Source: Eledone cirrhosa (Eukaryota). From it: DNA of 64,000 nt. A program made the translations under genes and the position numbers. Under the pieces are notes generated by a model. That model was not told the DNA's origin and made no database searches. It worked only from the letters and a program-made list of their open reading frames with translations. Positions within the stretch are counted from its first letter, which is position 1; every line of letters begins with the position of its first letter. Positions 1-40,639 of the stretch are shown piece after piece. The stretch covers positions 57,846,001 through 57,910,000 of the forward strand of contig OZ024742.1 in assembly GCA_964016885.1 (NCBI GenBank), read 5' to 3'.

Positions 1-1899
1 AGTGACATTGTCTTAGAGAGGTGCAAGTGTGTAAGGTCAGAATTTATCAAATCGTCCCAGGTTTTCTGGGTCTACCTACTCCGAGACTTCCATCAAATTT
101 GATCGCCCTGCACTTTCTTATACAGCTGTCGTCTTTCATGTGTATCATGTGACCATACCAACATAGTCTTCTCTCAAGTAAACAGTATCTGATCTCTCTT
201 ATTCCTAATTTCTCACTTAGTTCATTTATGTTTTGCCGCATATATTACTATTACACATCCAACGGAGCATGCATGCTTCGTTCCTTTCCAGTCTGCGCAG
301 GTCCTCTGCACACAATGCCCATGTCTCACTGCCATGTAACATTGCTGTTCATATACAGGCATCATACAATCTGCCTTTCATTTTTAGAGAGAAACCTTTT
401 GTGGCCAACAGCGGTATAAGCTTTCTGAACTTTTTCCATCCCATTCTGACTCTGGCTACTGTACTTTCAGAGCACCCTCCACCACTGCTGATTTTGTCAC
501 CCAGGTAACAGAAAATGTCCACTATTTCTGTAGAACCATCTGGGCAGTAGAAGGAGCTAGTATCCTGTGGGCACTTGCTACTTATTGCACCTGAGCATCG
601 GCCACATATAAAATCTACGTTCTTAGATAGTTTACCTGTGATCCCACTACATCTTTTATGTACCCATAGTTTGCATTTGGGACATAAAATGGAATTTCTA
701 CCTACTTCTTTCCTACACACTGAGCATGGCTATTTCCCAGAGGGCACCTGTGCCCTATTTTCCTTTCTACAAGCTAGAACTTTAGTCTTAGACAAGTTAA
801 CTTTAAGGCCTTTTGATTCTAGGCCATGCTTCCATGTTTGGAATTTCTTCTCTAGTTCAGCTATGAGAGTTAGATCATCTGTGTATAGGAGTTCCCATGG
901 GCAGCCGGTCTTAAACTCCTGTTATAGCCTGAAGGGCAATAATAAATAGGAGGGGGATAAGGACATGGCCTTGATGAACATCAACTTTTACACTAAATTC
1001 TTCACTATATTCATTGTTAATTCTAACCTTACTGACTCTTTCTTTATACATGGCTTGTATAGCTCTCACAAGCCATTCATCTACACCTAGTTTTCTAAGA
1101 GCCCACCAGATAATGGAGCAGGGGACTCTGTCAAAGGCTTTCTCCAGGTCTACAAAAGCTAAGCAGAGGGGTTTACTTTTAGCTAGGTACTTCTCCTGTA
1201 GTTGTCGTACAAGGAAAATATCGTCTGTGGTACTTTTACCTGACACAAACCCAAACTGCATTTCATCTAGATCAATTCGCTCTCTGATTAGTTGCGCTAT
1301 AACTCTTTCTGTGACCTTCATGACCTGGTCAACTAACTTAATGCCTCTATAGTTTCCCCTATCTTGAGCATCCCCTTTACCCTTGTCGCAGTTAATGATG
1401 ATGCTGCTACGCCAGTCTTTTGGTATGACCCCATTCTGTATTACTTGGTTTACTATACGGGTGACCATAGTATGACCCACCATTCCAGATGCTTTCAACA
1501 TCTCACCAACTATCTCCGAAGGCCCAGTTGCCTTGCCTGTCTTCATATCTTTGATTGCCTTACTTATTATACTACCTTTAACTTGCACCGCTGGTCCTTC
1601 TATTGGATCGATTTGGGGCAGACTATCTTTTTCCCATTTATTCTCCTCATTTAGTAGTCTCTCGTAGTGACACTTCCAAGCTACCTTCTTATCAGTTTCA
1701 GTGAGGGCAAGTACACCATTATCATAACGGACACACTTCTCCCCGACAATATTACGGTTTTCTTGATACATTGTCTAGCAACCCTGAACACCTTTACGTT
1801 TTTGGTTCTCACATTGTAGAACATACTTGAACTTTCTATCCTCGGCTTTCCTTTTTGCAAGGTACACTTGTCTTCTAGCTTCTCTCCTGGCCACTTGAT
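1..1899 (-). mobile_element. 5'-truncated RTE-clade LINE (RT + PHD-like finger), frameshifted; runs off window start
   Basis: ORFs 911-1771, 349-720 and 47-241 give RT motifs (NYRGIKL, QFGF, FVDLEKAFD, VHQG, CYLG, LCWYGH) and CPKCKLWVHKRC; 5' end abuts (TA)n at 1899. Confidence 0.92.
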
Positions 1900-3735
1900 A
1901 TATATATATATATATATATAAAACGGAGAAGTTGTTGTATTCTTTGTATGGTAGTTTATTTTAATTTTTTTTTTTTTTAACATAAAATAATGAGTAATAA
2001 AATTTATAACATGAATATATCCGTACATTAAATTGTTAGCTGTTACGAGCTAACGTGTGTATCTCAGAGGTCGATGATGTAAAAGTTGTGTTGTGTTGTG
2101 TCTTGCAGATACAAGATTACAGGAAAGATAGGATGAGAGTATAATGTGTACAATATGAACTTACTGTGTGTGTGCCTTTTCATAGTATACGTTATTGTCT
2201 TAGTAGTAGTGGTCAATCTGTCAAGCAGGCATGGCTGTCTGGCTGTTTCGGTGGCCGAGAGGGTAAGCCAGTAAGGGCCAGGAGAAAGATAGAGTGAAAG
2301 GTCTACTGATGCTACATCACTTATCTTGTTGACTGCCGTGTTGACCTTTTGGTTCCTTAACTCCTTGTATTTATAATAAGTGCTAAAGTTAGAAGGATGG
2401 ATATATGAGGTTGATGTCACAGGTCAAATGGAATGTACATTTATCATCGTTGTCTCGACAAGACAATGGTGAGAACTTCCAACGATAGATTGTCCCAGAG
2501 GCGAGAAAGCTCAGATTCGGTTTCGAATCTTCGCCGGTAAAACATAGGAGTATTCTGTGATAGTACCTCCCTTCTAGTGAGAAAGCTAAGGATCGAACGA
2601 TCAAGGTGTGTGTGAGACTAAGATAGGTATGTCTTGGCGTGCGGGGTCGCTCTCGATGTGTGATTCGCATGATACTTTCCCAGTGAGTCGGGGAAGTTGT
2701 TGGCGAGTCCGTTGGAGAAACGGTGGGAACTGGTGACAGGTCCAGTTCCATGAATGCTTTCCCAGTGAGTCGGGTAAAGTGGCAAGATTGAGGTTTTTAT
2801 GCCATATGAAGATGAGTGTGCAACGAGATGCGGAGCTGAGTGAATTCAGCTGAGATTAGCAATACTCGTGTTGCGGTCCTGTGTGTCCAGGTGAATTAAG
2901 CTGCATGTACGATAGCATGTTTCTGTATCTCAACCAAGTGAAAACGGATCTCGCAGAATACCAATACGAATGAAGAACATATGAAAAACGATCTCACAGA
3001 GTACGCACACTATAGACAACAACATGTTGGTGTGTGACAAAGAAATGTGTGTGCGTATGCAGGCATGTAATACAGTTTTAAAAATGTGTGCCTGTAGTTA
3101 TATAAAACAGTTTAAAAGAAATGAATGTTCAAATATTACCAGTAAAAAAAAAAAGAAGAAATAATTGTTTTTTTAACAAAAAGTTCAATTTTTCTTTTCT
3201 TTGGGATAAGAATGTTATGGTTCTTACTAGGAAGCTAGTAGAGTTGTCGTTGTTGCTGCTATCGAAGAAAATGACAGCGATTTCTCGGGTGTTTTCGCAG
3301 TGATGTGTTTGGCTCTATTTGAAGAGCATCGAAGCGAAGTCACAGTAAATCTTCAGTAGTTTCGAAGTTTGGTAAATAACTTGACGAAGTGATTCGTGAG
3401 CGTCGAATTCACCATTATGTGGTGAGAAGGCTATTGTTGTTTCGACTCAGATCACCGTTTGTAGCGAGAAGGCTGTTGTTTCGAATCTCGAGTCACCGTT
3501 GTAGCAGATAGTGTAAAGACTGTGTGTTCGTTTCTCGGGTCACCGTTTGTAGTAGATAATTGATGGTCACCAGCTGTAGATAGTGTGTAACACCAATTGT
3601 AGTGGATAATGAGCAGTAAGATGGCTGTGTTTTCGTTTCGCGGGGTTACCAGTTGTAGCGGATATAATATGACTAGAGACGAAAGAATAGGTGAAGCATA
3701 GAATGTAGCGGATATTTGAGAAGGCTGTGTGTTCG

Positions 3736-3773
<38 letters not shown>

Positions 3774-3851
3774 TGATGATTTAGTGTTAAAGAATAAAAT
3801 AATACTTTTCAATAAAAAAAAAAAATATATATATATATATATACACACACT

Positions 3852-3970
3852 TTGGCACAAGGCCAACAATTGGTGATTATTTTGATTTCAGTGCGTTACT
3901 GGTACTTATTTTATCGACCCCGTAAGGATGAAAAGTAAGGCTTAACCTCGTAGGGATTTGAAATCAAAAC
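3852..3970 (-). mobile_element. tRNA-derived SINE fragment with Nin/Deu-like core
   Basis: ggcacaaggcc...ggtacttattttatcgaccccgtaaggatgaaa...gatttgaa; the same text recurs near 5596, 10136, 28530, 33590, 35455, 36553, 46127, 49546 and 50033. Confidence 0.7.
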
Positions 3971-4031
3971 ATAAAAATACATAAATGAAGTGAGAGTGAC
4001 ACGTTAATACTCCCAAAAATTTAAATGCAGT

Positions 4032-5009
4032 TTAATATATCTCCCGTCTTGTTGTTCTGTCAACAACTTTTTCGAAATACTTTGGACTAATAACTCCATG
4101 TTCATCCCCTTCAGTAAGGATTACATTGTTCTCCGACTCGTAAAATGTCAGTCCGTCTTTTAAAGCCAAATTTAGATTTAAATGAATCATAACCTGACAC
4201 GATGATCTCATGCCGCTAATTACTCCAATTTCACTTGGTTCCCCAGTGGCGAAATGAATGTGCATTCTTGTCATCCTGCTTAGACCCGTTTTCCTAATAG
4301 ACACCCACGATTTGTAATAAGTACCATGGATTACATTAGGATAATTCTCACTACTTAATATAGGCTTCAAATCAAGGTTTTCTACCTGGATTGAATGTCC
4401 TTGGTTCGCTCGTATCATTAATTCACCGTCTTTCTCCTTTAAGGAGAATCTCCTTTTGTCGTTGTTATTCACCATACGTTTGATATCGCCAGCTGTTAAA
4501 TGTCGAAATTCTCTTCTTATAAGCAAGTCCTTTAGTTTAACAAAACCATTTGTATCCATGTAGATGTTCAGTTGCTTGGCTCTGTGTCGTAATATAGAAA
4601 CTAACATTTTGGACATCTTAACCTCGTTCCAAGAAACTTTTCCCGAGTTCACGCCGCTATCAAAGTGTTTCGGCCTTGGACCATGATAAAAATGTCTCGA
4701 CTCCTCGCCACCATCAAAGTGTTTCGGCCTTGGACCACGATAAAAATGTCTCGACTCCTCGCCACCATCAAAGTGTTTCGGCCTTGGACCACGATAAAAA
4801 TGTCTCGACTCCTCGCCACCATCAAAGTGTTTCGGCCTTTGACGACGATAAAAATGTCTCGACTCCTCGCCACCATCAAAGTGTTTCGAGTTCGGATCTA
4901 ATTTTCTTGACTCCCCACTATCATCATATTTTTTCGATGTTCTCACTTTTTCGCCATCCTTAATCCGTCTTGACTTCTTGCCGTGTTTCTTCTTAGAATG
5001 TCGACCCAT
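4032..5009 (-). CDS. TRPT1: tRNA 2'-phosphotransferase 1 (Tpt1/KptA family), single exon, 325 aa
   Basis: Intact ATG-to-TAA ORF with family motifs SILRH, NDKRRF, IRANQGHS, HGT, GLSRMTRMHIHF, SGMR and ENNVILT. Confidence 0.95.
   Translation of the reverse strand: MGRHSKKKHGKKSRRIKDGEKVRTSKKYDDSGESRKLDPNSKHFDGGEESRHFYRRQRPKHFDGGEESRHFYRGPRPKHFDGGEESRHFYRGPRPKHFDGGEESRHFYHGPRPKHFDSGVNSGKVSWNEVKMSKMLVSILRHRAKQLNIYMDTNGFVKLKDLLIRREFRHLTAGDIKRMVNNNDKRRFSLKEKDGELMIRANQGHSIQVENLDLKPILSSENYPNVIHGTYYKSWVSIRKTGLSRMTRMHIHFATGEPSEIGVISGMRSSCQVMIHLNLNLALKDGLTFYESENNVILTEGDEHGVISPKYFEKVVDRTTRREIY
4659..4888 (-). repeat. 54-bp coding tandem repeat (18 aa KHFDGGEESRHFYRGPRP), about 4.3 copies
   Basis: caaagtgtttcg recurs at 4661, 4715, 4769, 4823 and 4877 (period 54). 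Confidence 0.95.
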
Positions 5010-5595
5010 TTCAAAATAATTGTAAACAGTTGAAAACGTTAAAGGGAAGACCAGGGCGCAATGTTTCGACAGAATCGAGGTGATTGGAATGAAAGTATTT
5101 TCGAGTTTACTACAAAATCAAGTATCGCCGTCGTAGTATTTATTATTAAAGAGAAACTGAAAATAGAAATTTCTTAGAAATATACATTATTTACGGATAA
5201 AAAAGATAAAACAAAACGAAATAATTCTAAATATAATTGAAATTAGATTTATTTATATTAATATAATATTAATGGTAAATTCCATCTAATTCTAGTAAAT
5301 ATTTTGTAAAGTTTTAGAGAGAAAAGATTCGCACTGAAGAATTCGGTGAAAAATTAAAGTTGTCTCCGATGAAACAAAAGTCTAGTTATCACTTATTTTA
5401 ATTCTGAATTGCTCTATTATGTCGTAATAATTTTTTCTCATTTCACACAAATTATTATGACGCAGAAAGTAGGATTTATTTTCACCAAAAAATATCATTA
5501 GTAATTTTCTGAATATAATAATATATTGCTTACAGAATGAAAATATAAACATATAATAAATACAATTGATTTATTGCTAGGAATCTTATAAATAT

Positions 5596-5740
5596 AATTG
5601 TTTCTACTTTTGGCATAAGGCCAGCAATTATCCCAGTGCATTACTGGTGCTTTATTTTATCGACCCCTAAAGATGAAAGGCACCCTATGCTGCAAAGCAT
5701 GGCGTCCAACCCTTTACCGATACTGCCACCGGCTCAGCTC
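5596..5740 (-). mobile_element. SINE (Nin/Deu-like family), internally deleted
   Basis: Matches the 36553 and 49546 copies at both ends. Confidence 0.65.
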
Positions 5741-6129
5741 CACCAAACGTTTAGAACATTACAGGCTGGAAAAATACTTGTTTGATACTTAGCGGTATTT
5801 TCGAATTTTTATTCCGTTCAGCAACGTTAGTAGCGACCCGCACATTTACCGCGGCATCCATGATATAGGAGGGTGCAAAAGAGTCACTGACTGTAGTGTC
5901 CCAGGTGAGACATCTGCCTCTTACCCAAGAACAAAGATTAAGACCATCTGGTCTCTTTCATTATGTTATATTAAACAAGCTGAGATACTCTGTTTCGCCC
6001 TGGTAAATAGATGATAAGAGAAGACCGGTAGGAGAGCAAACGACTCTATTGGATGCGTTGTTAGGTTTACACTATGTGGCGAGAATGTGGTGTGTGTGTG
6101 TGATAAAACAAAAACAGTCAACAATCTTC

Positions 6130-7330
6130 CAGATACACCACTCTTGGTTTTACCATTCGGGTATAGTATATGAACATGCTTGAACTTTTTAATTGCTTGT
6201 GACCTCAGCTTCTGGGAGATTAGTTATCACTCCAGATTCACTTTGTGTACATCAGAAGATGCTGTTGTAATTGGGTTTACGAGATGCAAAGTATTTTCTC
6301 CACCTTGCGAGGATGCACTTCTCTGAGGAGAGGAGAACCCCAGATGCATGCCTGATAGTAGGTGTCTCTGCTGTGACATGCCTAATTATACTGCAAATGC
6401 AACAAGGAGGACTTATTTCTAAGCCAAGCTTTGTAGGCCTCCTTTGCTTGAATGGCATCTTTGACCTCTTGATTAAACCAAAGGGTCTTCCTACCATCCG
6501 GTGCCACATCAACCATCTTTCAACAGCTGAGCTGAACAATCTCCACCCTGTTCCAACGTCCTCAGTTTGCTCAGGGAGTTCTCTGAATTTGGATGCAATA
6601 GTAGTATCTCCATACCTGGTCTTGACTTACTTATCCACGAACGCTTCCCATTTTATCCTGTATGCAAACATGAACCTGCCAGTTTTGCGGGCTTCTTTGG
6701 CTGTGGGTAGTCTTAAGTTGCAGATAACTAGATGGTGATCAGTTGACAGCTCAGCGCCTCTGTTAACATGAACAGAAACAATAACAAAATCAATTATTGA
6801 TCTCTACCCCTGATATACCATGTATATTTATGGATGCTTCTGTGCTGGAAGGTGTTCATAATTATTTTCTTGAACAGGATTGACATGCGCAGCCAGATTG
6901 GAAGTGATATCATGACTGGCAGGTGTAGGACCAGTCAGCTGAAATTTGCAGACATGGTATTACTTGTCAGGTGATCTGTGTCATGCACTTGATAAGTCTG
7001 ATGCAGAGTGCTGCATAGCTAGAATGAAAATCAGTGATGTGAAGACAGGCATTCATCCTCTCAAGGAAGCCTACGCAATGTACTTTTCATGTGAATGGAG
7101 TTCTGCTGAAGCATGTGGAGAATTTCAAGTATCTCGGGGCTGTGTTGACGAGTAATGTATGGCAGGAGGTTGAATTAAGTGCGAGAATTGCAGGAGCTGG
7201 TGCAGTAATGCTCCAGCTTCCGCATTCGGTAGATGTAAAAGTCAAACTGCTATCTTCAATTCGGTATTCATGTCAACTCTTATTGTCATAATCTTGAGTA
7301 ATGATTGAAAGTGTTAGGACATGGAGGTGT
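6130..7330. mobile_element. Decayed RTE-type LINE fragments in both orientations
   Basis: Minus: ILARWRKYF linker (6252-6539). Plus: VENFKYLG...ARIAGA (7091-7291). Confidence 0.55.
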
Positions 7331-7339
7331 ATACTAGAT

Positions 7340-7770
7340 GTATGCTTCAACCTGTGAACATGGGAAGGCAGGTCTGCATTACATCAGAGATATTGATCTT
7401 GTATCATCACCTTTGAGAGATGCAATTGTGCAAGGTCAGCTTTTATCACCTCATCGCTAGTCTTCCTACTCCTTAGCTTCAATCAACTTCAAGCCCCCAG
7501 CACCTTTTTATACAATGCATCACATGTCCAATCCAATGTAATCTCCTCTCCTACACACGGCATCTGATCCCTCTTATGTTCAGTTTCTCTCTCAGTTAAC
7601 TATTACACATTGGAGCATGCAAACCATTTCCAATCTTTGCAGGTCTTCTGCACACAGAAACATTGCTGTCCATATAGATACATCATACAATCTATCCTTT
7701 ACTCTGAAGAAAAATTTTTTAGTACCTAACAGTGTAGTAGCACCCTGAACCTTTTCCATCCCATTCTCAC
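7340..7770 (-). mobile_element. RTE LINE 3' fragment
   Basis: DRLYD...LCAEDLQRLE, similar to the other RTE copies. Confidence 0.7.
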
Positions 7771-7911
7771 AAGGCATTGGTCAGCCAGAGGTTATAAAAG
7801 ACATTTGCTTAGGGTGCTACACTGAACCTGAAACCACTCAGAGATTAGAAATACAAAACAAAAACAAAAGAAATCTGAATGCAAGCAACTGAATATTTTA
7901 TATTGCATCTG

Positions 7912-7917
7912 TTTATT
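7912..7917 (-). terminator. Probable SRM polyadenylation signal AATAAA
   Basis: tttatt on the + strand, about 115 nt after the SRM stop. Confidence 0.5.
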
Positions 7918-8030
7918 GGCAGAAAAATTACACTCAGAATTGAAAATATGTGTGTGTATTTTTCCGTTGTGATTCTTTCCATGTAATGAATAAGCCATTC
8001 TTAAAAAAGAAAAAAAAATGGTCTTTAGAG

Positions 8031-36012
<27,982 letters not shown>

Positions 36013-36360
36013 CGTTATCTATGGTCAGTGAGTTTAGTTTAGTTTATCTGAAGGAAGATACGGTATGAAAAGCAGAAAGTTATTATAATAGAGATAAGAT
36101 ATAACACAGAATGAAGAATTAAATATCAATTCTACACTAAAAATGAAGATGGAGAAAAAATGGGTTTAACGTGGTACAAGGAAGAAAGAACGAAAAAGTA
36201 ATAAAGAGAAAAGGAAGCGAGATATGACGCACAAATTGTTTGGGTTATTACTCGGGAAAAGACGGGAAGAAATAAGAAATATAGAGAGACCATATGATTT
36301 AAGGTTGATAACGCAGTCGATATAGAAGTACCTGAGATGCGAAAAGTTCAATCCCATTGA

Positions 36361-36371
36361 TGCGCATGCGC
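36361..36371. promoter_or_regulatory. NRF1-type palindrome TGCGCATGCGC in the probable SRM promoter
   Basis: Match to the GCGCATGCGC consensus 350 bp upstream of the ATG, in a locally CpG-richer patch. Confidence 0.55.
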
Positions 36372-37045
36372 TTAGCAAGGCCAATTAAGAGACAGAATTG
36401 TTTTAGACTGCGGCCATGCTGGGATACAATCTTGAATGGATTTACTCGATCATATCGACCGCCAGTATTTGATTGTTTTAAGTCTAGTATTTATTTAATC
36501 AATCTCTTTTTACTCTCGAACGGCTAAGTTACATGACATAAACACTCACAAATAATTGTTTCTATTTTTGGCACAAGGCCAGCAAATAACCAGTACATTA
36601 CTGGTACTTTATTTTATCGACCTCGTAAGAATGAAAGGCAAAGTTAACCTCGGTGGGATTTGAACTCAGATTGGCAAGGGCCGTAACTCTATGCGTCAAA
36701 GTATGGCGTCCGACTCTCTACCGATACTGCCAATCTAAGCACATAGACATACACGGCGTGTTTCAGCGGTTACTGTCTACCATATTTCCCTCACAACACA
36801 TTTGTCAACCAAAAGTTATAGAAGACACGTATGGAAGTCAACACGAAACTATGTAGTTGCAAAGTGAACATCTTAACGACACACCCATTATTGCAGCTCT
36901 CAATATTTTAACTTTTATGTGACATATAAAGCTTTCTATGTTATTTTATTGTATTTTTCTTGACAAAAGAATAAAAGATTTGTACACACCCTCATACCTA
37001 CCTATATGTATACTTATATAGATAGATAGATTTACATACATAGAT

Positions 37046-38856
37046 GCATGCACCAGCTTTCACTCTTCTTTCAATTCTGTCTTAACAACGGTGTTACTCC
37101 GGAGCGGTGTGGAAAACTGCCAGTGTCATTCATCTGTTCAAAAAGGGTGACTGCACGTCACCCGTCTACTATCGTCCAGTCAGTCTTACTAACTGCATTG
37201 CAAACTGATGGAATCCTGTGTCAGAGAAACACTCTGGAACTTCTGGAATTCTCACAGCCTTATCCGGCCCTCGCAATTTGAATTTATCCCTAACTCCAGC
37301 TGCTGTGATCAACTTATCTAGTTTCTTGAAGACATCACCTGGATCACTGATGGCGGCTCATGGGTGGATGTTGTTTACCTTGACTTTGTTAAACCTTTTA
37401 ATTCTGTGCCACACAAAAGACTTATGGCAAAACTCTCTGGGTGTGAAGGATGATCTTTTTAACTGGTTGAAGTCCTTCATTCTCAGTTGAAAAGAGGTAG
37501 TCACAGTTCTAGGACAGCATTCTTCACCCTATGAGATGTCATCTGGTGTACTACAAGGATCTTGGTCCCCATTTGTTTGTTGCATATATTAATGACATAG
37601 ATGTCAACTTAAATAATGCCACAGTGCTGAAATATGCAGATGACGTCAAGCTGTACCTTGAGATAAAAAGGACAGATCCTGAACGCTATAGATCTTTCCT
37701 GCAATCGGACCTGGACACAATGCAACAATGGATCACGGACTGGCAACTCAAGTTGGCTGTGGACAAGTGTACCACCATGCATTTGGGAGGAAAAACCCAG
37801 CGTCCACGTACTCCCTCCACATCACTAATATCAAGAAGTCTTCTTGTGAACGTGACCTGGTGTGTGTGTGACAGCTCCCACCTTTGCAGGTTTAGCTGGC
37901 CTCCTCCAAGGTATATCTCGTTGGAAGTCTCTTGGGTAATTTAATGCTAGGGACCCCAGTCCTATCATCTCATTTCTACAGCTGAGTAAACTGAAGCAAC
38001 GTGAAATAAAGTGTCTTGCTCAAGGAAACAACACATCATCCGGTTCGAGAATTGAACTCACAACCTTTTGATTGCAAGCCCAATGCTCTAACCACTAAGT
38101 CATGTGCCTTCACGTGACCTGGGCATTACTGTCAGTAACGATTTGTGTTGGACAAAGCACATCTCTAAAATTATCAAGAAGGCTGAAGGTGTCTTGGCAT
38201 CACTCAGCAAGACCTTTGTCAGCTGCTCCCCAGCTATCTATTTAAAGATGTACATGGCTATGGTGCAGTCACACTTGGAATTTGCATCACCAGTCTGGAA
38301 CCCCTATCTTACTTAGAACATTGACTGCCTGGAAACCGTTCAGAGACTTGCAACCAAGCGAATACCCTCCATCAGGCATCTACCATACTCTGAACGCCTT
38401 GTTTCCCTGGGCATGGATACATTGAAGCTCTGACACCTGGCAACTGACTTGGTAAACATCCACAAAATTATTAACTATCTTGCCAACAACAACCCTGAGT
38501 ACCTTTTTGATTTCCATGTGTCTAACACATGTGGGCATACCAACAAAGTCAGAAAACAGCACAGCTCCCATGACTTTCGGAAACATTTTTTCACGCTCAG
38601 AGTTGCTAAAGCATGAAACAATCTCCCGGCATCAGTTGTTAGCTGTCGAGACACTGCATCCTTTAAAACCTCAATGCTTCCTGATATTCACCAACACTAC
38701 ACCTAATACTCCCCCTCCATACACACGCACGCATGTATATCATGACTTATACTCTGTTCACTTTCCTGACATTTGTACATTATTCTATGTACTATACATG
38801 CACCTTTGATTAGTTGTAGTGCACCTGAGCATTGTACACGATAATTTCATTATTAT
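37046..38856 (+). mobile_element. CR1-like LINE 3' half (same family as 15781-17300)
   Basis: KYADDVKLY, DLGITV, HLEFASPVWNP; (tat)n tail. Confidence 0.85.
37861..38111 (-). mobile_element. tRNA/Meta-like SINE with (CA)n tail inserted in the CR1
   Basis: 11-bp TSD acgtgacctgg (37850-60 and 38112-22). Confidence 0.85.
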
Positions 38857-38869
38857 GATACATACATAA

Positions 38870-39540
38870 AATAGAAATGATGTTGGGAGGCAGTACAACC
38901 AAAACTTTTCAATATAAACTGATTACCCTCAAACAAGAATTGAGAGCTGTCAGCGAGAAACTTCAATACCAGAAGAGGATGGCTGAAAGCAAAATGATTA
39001 ATAAAAAATTCAGACGAAACCAAACAGTCTATAGAGATATGATGGGAAAATTAATAGATGTCTCTGAGGCCCCATCCCAGAAAGACACATTCCTTCCGGA
39101 GAAAAATATGAGGTGAAAAGAAGAATTTCAACCAAGATGCAGTGTGGCTAAAAGAAATCCAAAAGAACTACTGCCCCTACACTACAACAAAAACATACAA
39201 AATAAATGGTGATATCCTTGAAACTGTGATAAGAAAACATCAGGAACAGACTTGATTGTTTGCTACTGGTTCAAAAAACTGACATTCTATTGGATGTATC
39301 TTATCCTACCAGCAAATTCTCAAGGGAGATGCACATATACCAGAGGGTTGCTAACATTAGCTCAAACAACATCGGTCACCAAGAACAAAGACACTCACTT
39401 GGCAAAAATCTATTGACTCATTGCATGCCAGAACCTGATGTATAAGATGTATACAGCCTGCCTGAACTTATTTCTCCAAGATCACAGCAACAGTAATAAC
39501 ATCATCTCAGATGAGCAAGCAGCTGGGAATAAAACCACTG
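38870..39540 (+). mobile_element. R4/Dong-like non-LTR RT fragment
   Basis: INKKFRRNQ...; MYKMYTACL...IISDEQAAG. Confidence 0.55.
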
Positions 39541-39599
39541 TGGCAAGTAAGGTTGTCATTTTGAGGAGCAACAACATGTTACCAGCACACCTTGATATT

Positions 39600-40080
39600 T
39601 GCATGTCACAATGTTCAAGTCAGCCCTGCTCAAACCTTTGAATGACTGAGAAGCAGTACTGGTGCCAGCTCTTGTGTTCTTATGCTTTCTTCTTTCACAA
39701 AGAGAATGGGATATTGCACTATTTCAGATTGTCCTTGAGTTTGTCTTTGGAGTGCAAGAGTGGTCTTCCAACTAGCCTGCCTGTCAGAAACTGACAAAAA
39801 AAACAGCTCCTTAGGAAGTCTGCTATCTCTCATATGAGAATGATGCTCTGCCCACCTGAGCTGGACTTCCATAAGGATAGCTTCAATACCTGACATTTAG
39901 CCAGAACCTCACTGTTTCTAATGTGATTGGTTAGTTTTATGATACAGATAATACACAAGCATTGCATGCGAAAAACATCAAACTGATTGATCTGCTTTCG
40001 GTACAGAATCCATGATTTAGCAGCAGTGATGTTTGTACTACAGACCTGTACACATCAATTTTCACCTTTAATGAGACATA
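39600..40080 (-). mobile_element. RTE-BovB-like RT C-terminal fragment
   Basis: GIEAILMEVQLRWAEH...MRDSRLPKELF. Confidence 0.65.
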
Positions 40081-40455
40081 TAGGAAAAAGAAGTTCAAAA
40101 TGCAATTGGAGTCTTTAAGAAGATTTATTTACATATTTACAATGATTTATAACTTTACCAATTTCACAAGTTTCGTGATTTTCAAAAGTTAGGAGAGATG
40201 GAGCGATGTGTGGCTATGTTGACTTGTAACTCACATCAAACTAATGTTGGGAATTTCTTTCAGGATTATGCAAAAAATATACAATTTGATTGGTTGAGGA
40301 AGATCCTGTGATTAGGCATCAAATTTTTTGGTAATATGATGACAAAAATTGGGAGTGTTGTGTTTTTATGAATATGGACAGTAGCTATATATATATATAT
40401 ATAATATAGATGAGATTCTACAGGACTAGAACTGTTTCATTCTTTAGAAATCATC

Positions 40456-40506
40456 AGATTCCTGATGATTTCTAATGAATGAAACAGTTCTAGTCCTGTA
40501 GAATCT
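40456..40506 (+). ncRNA. Type I hammerhead ribozyme motif within a fold-back
   Basis: Stem I agattc/gaatct; CUGAUGA; short stem II ttc-taat-gaa; GAAA; stem III cag/ctg; GUA. Confidence 0.75.
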
Positions 40507-40600
40507 CATCTATATTAAAACTTTTTACTCTGCTATGTATTGAGTACCTTACTTACTGTGGTTACCTCCGATTCAACCCGGAATAACTTACCTATATATT

Positions 40601-40639
<39 letters not shown>

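Noticed and set aside
575-1654. Plus-strand ORFs over the LINE (and similar antisense ORFs over other LINEs and TRPT1)
   Set aside because: Antisense shadows of coding sequence
3425-3740. Repeats with minus-strand cggtga/ctggtga...gaaac as tandem hammerheads
   Set aside because: The core deviates and the stems are inconsistent between units
5331-5362. ctgaaga...gaaa upstream of TRPT1
   Set aside because: Stems I and III do not form
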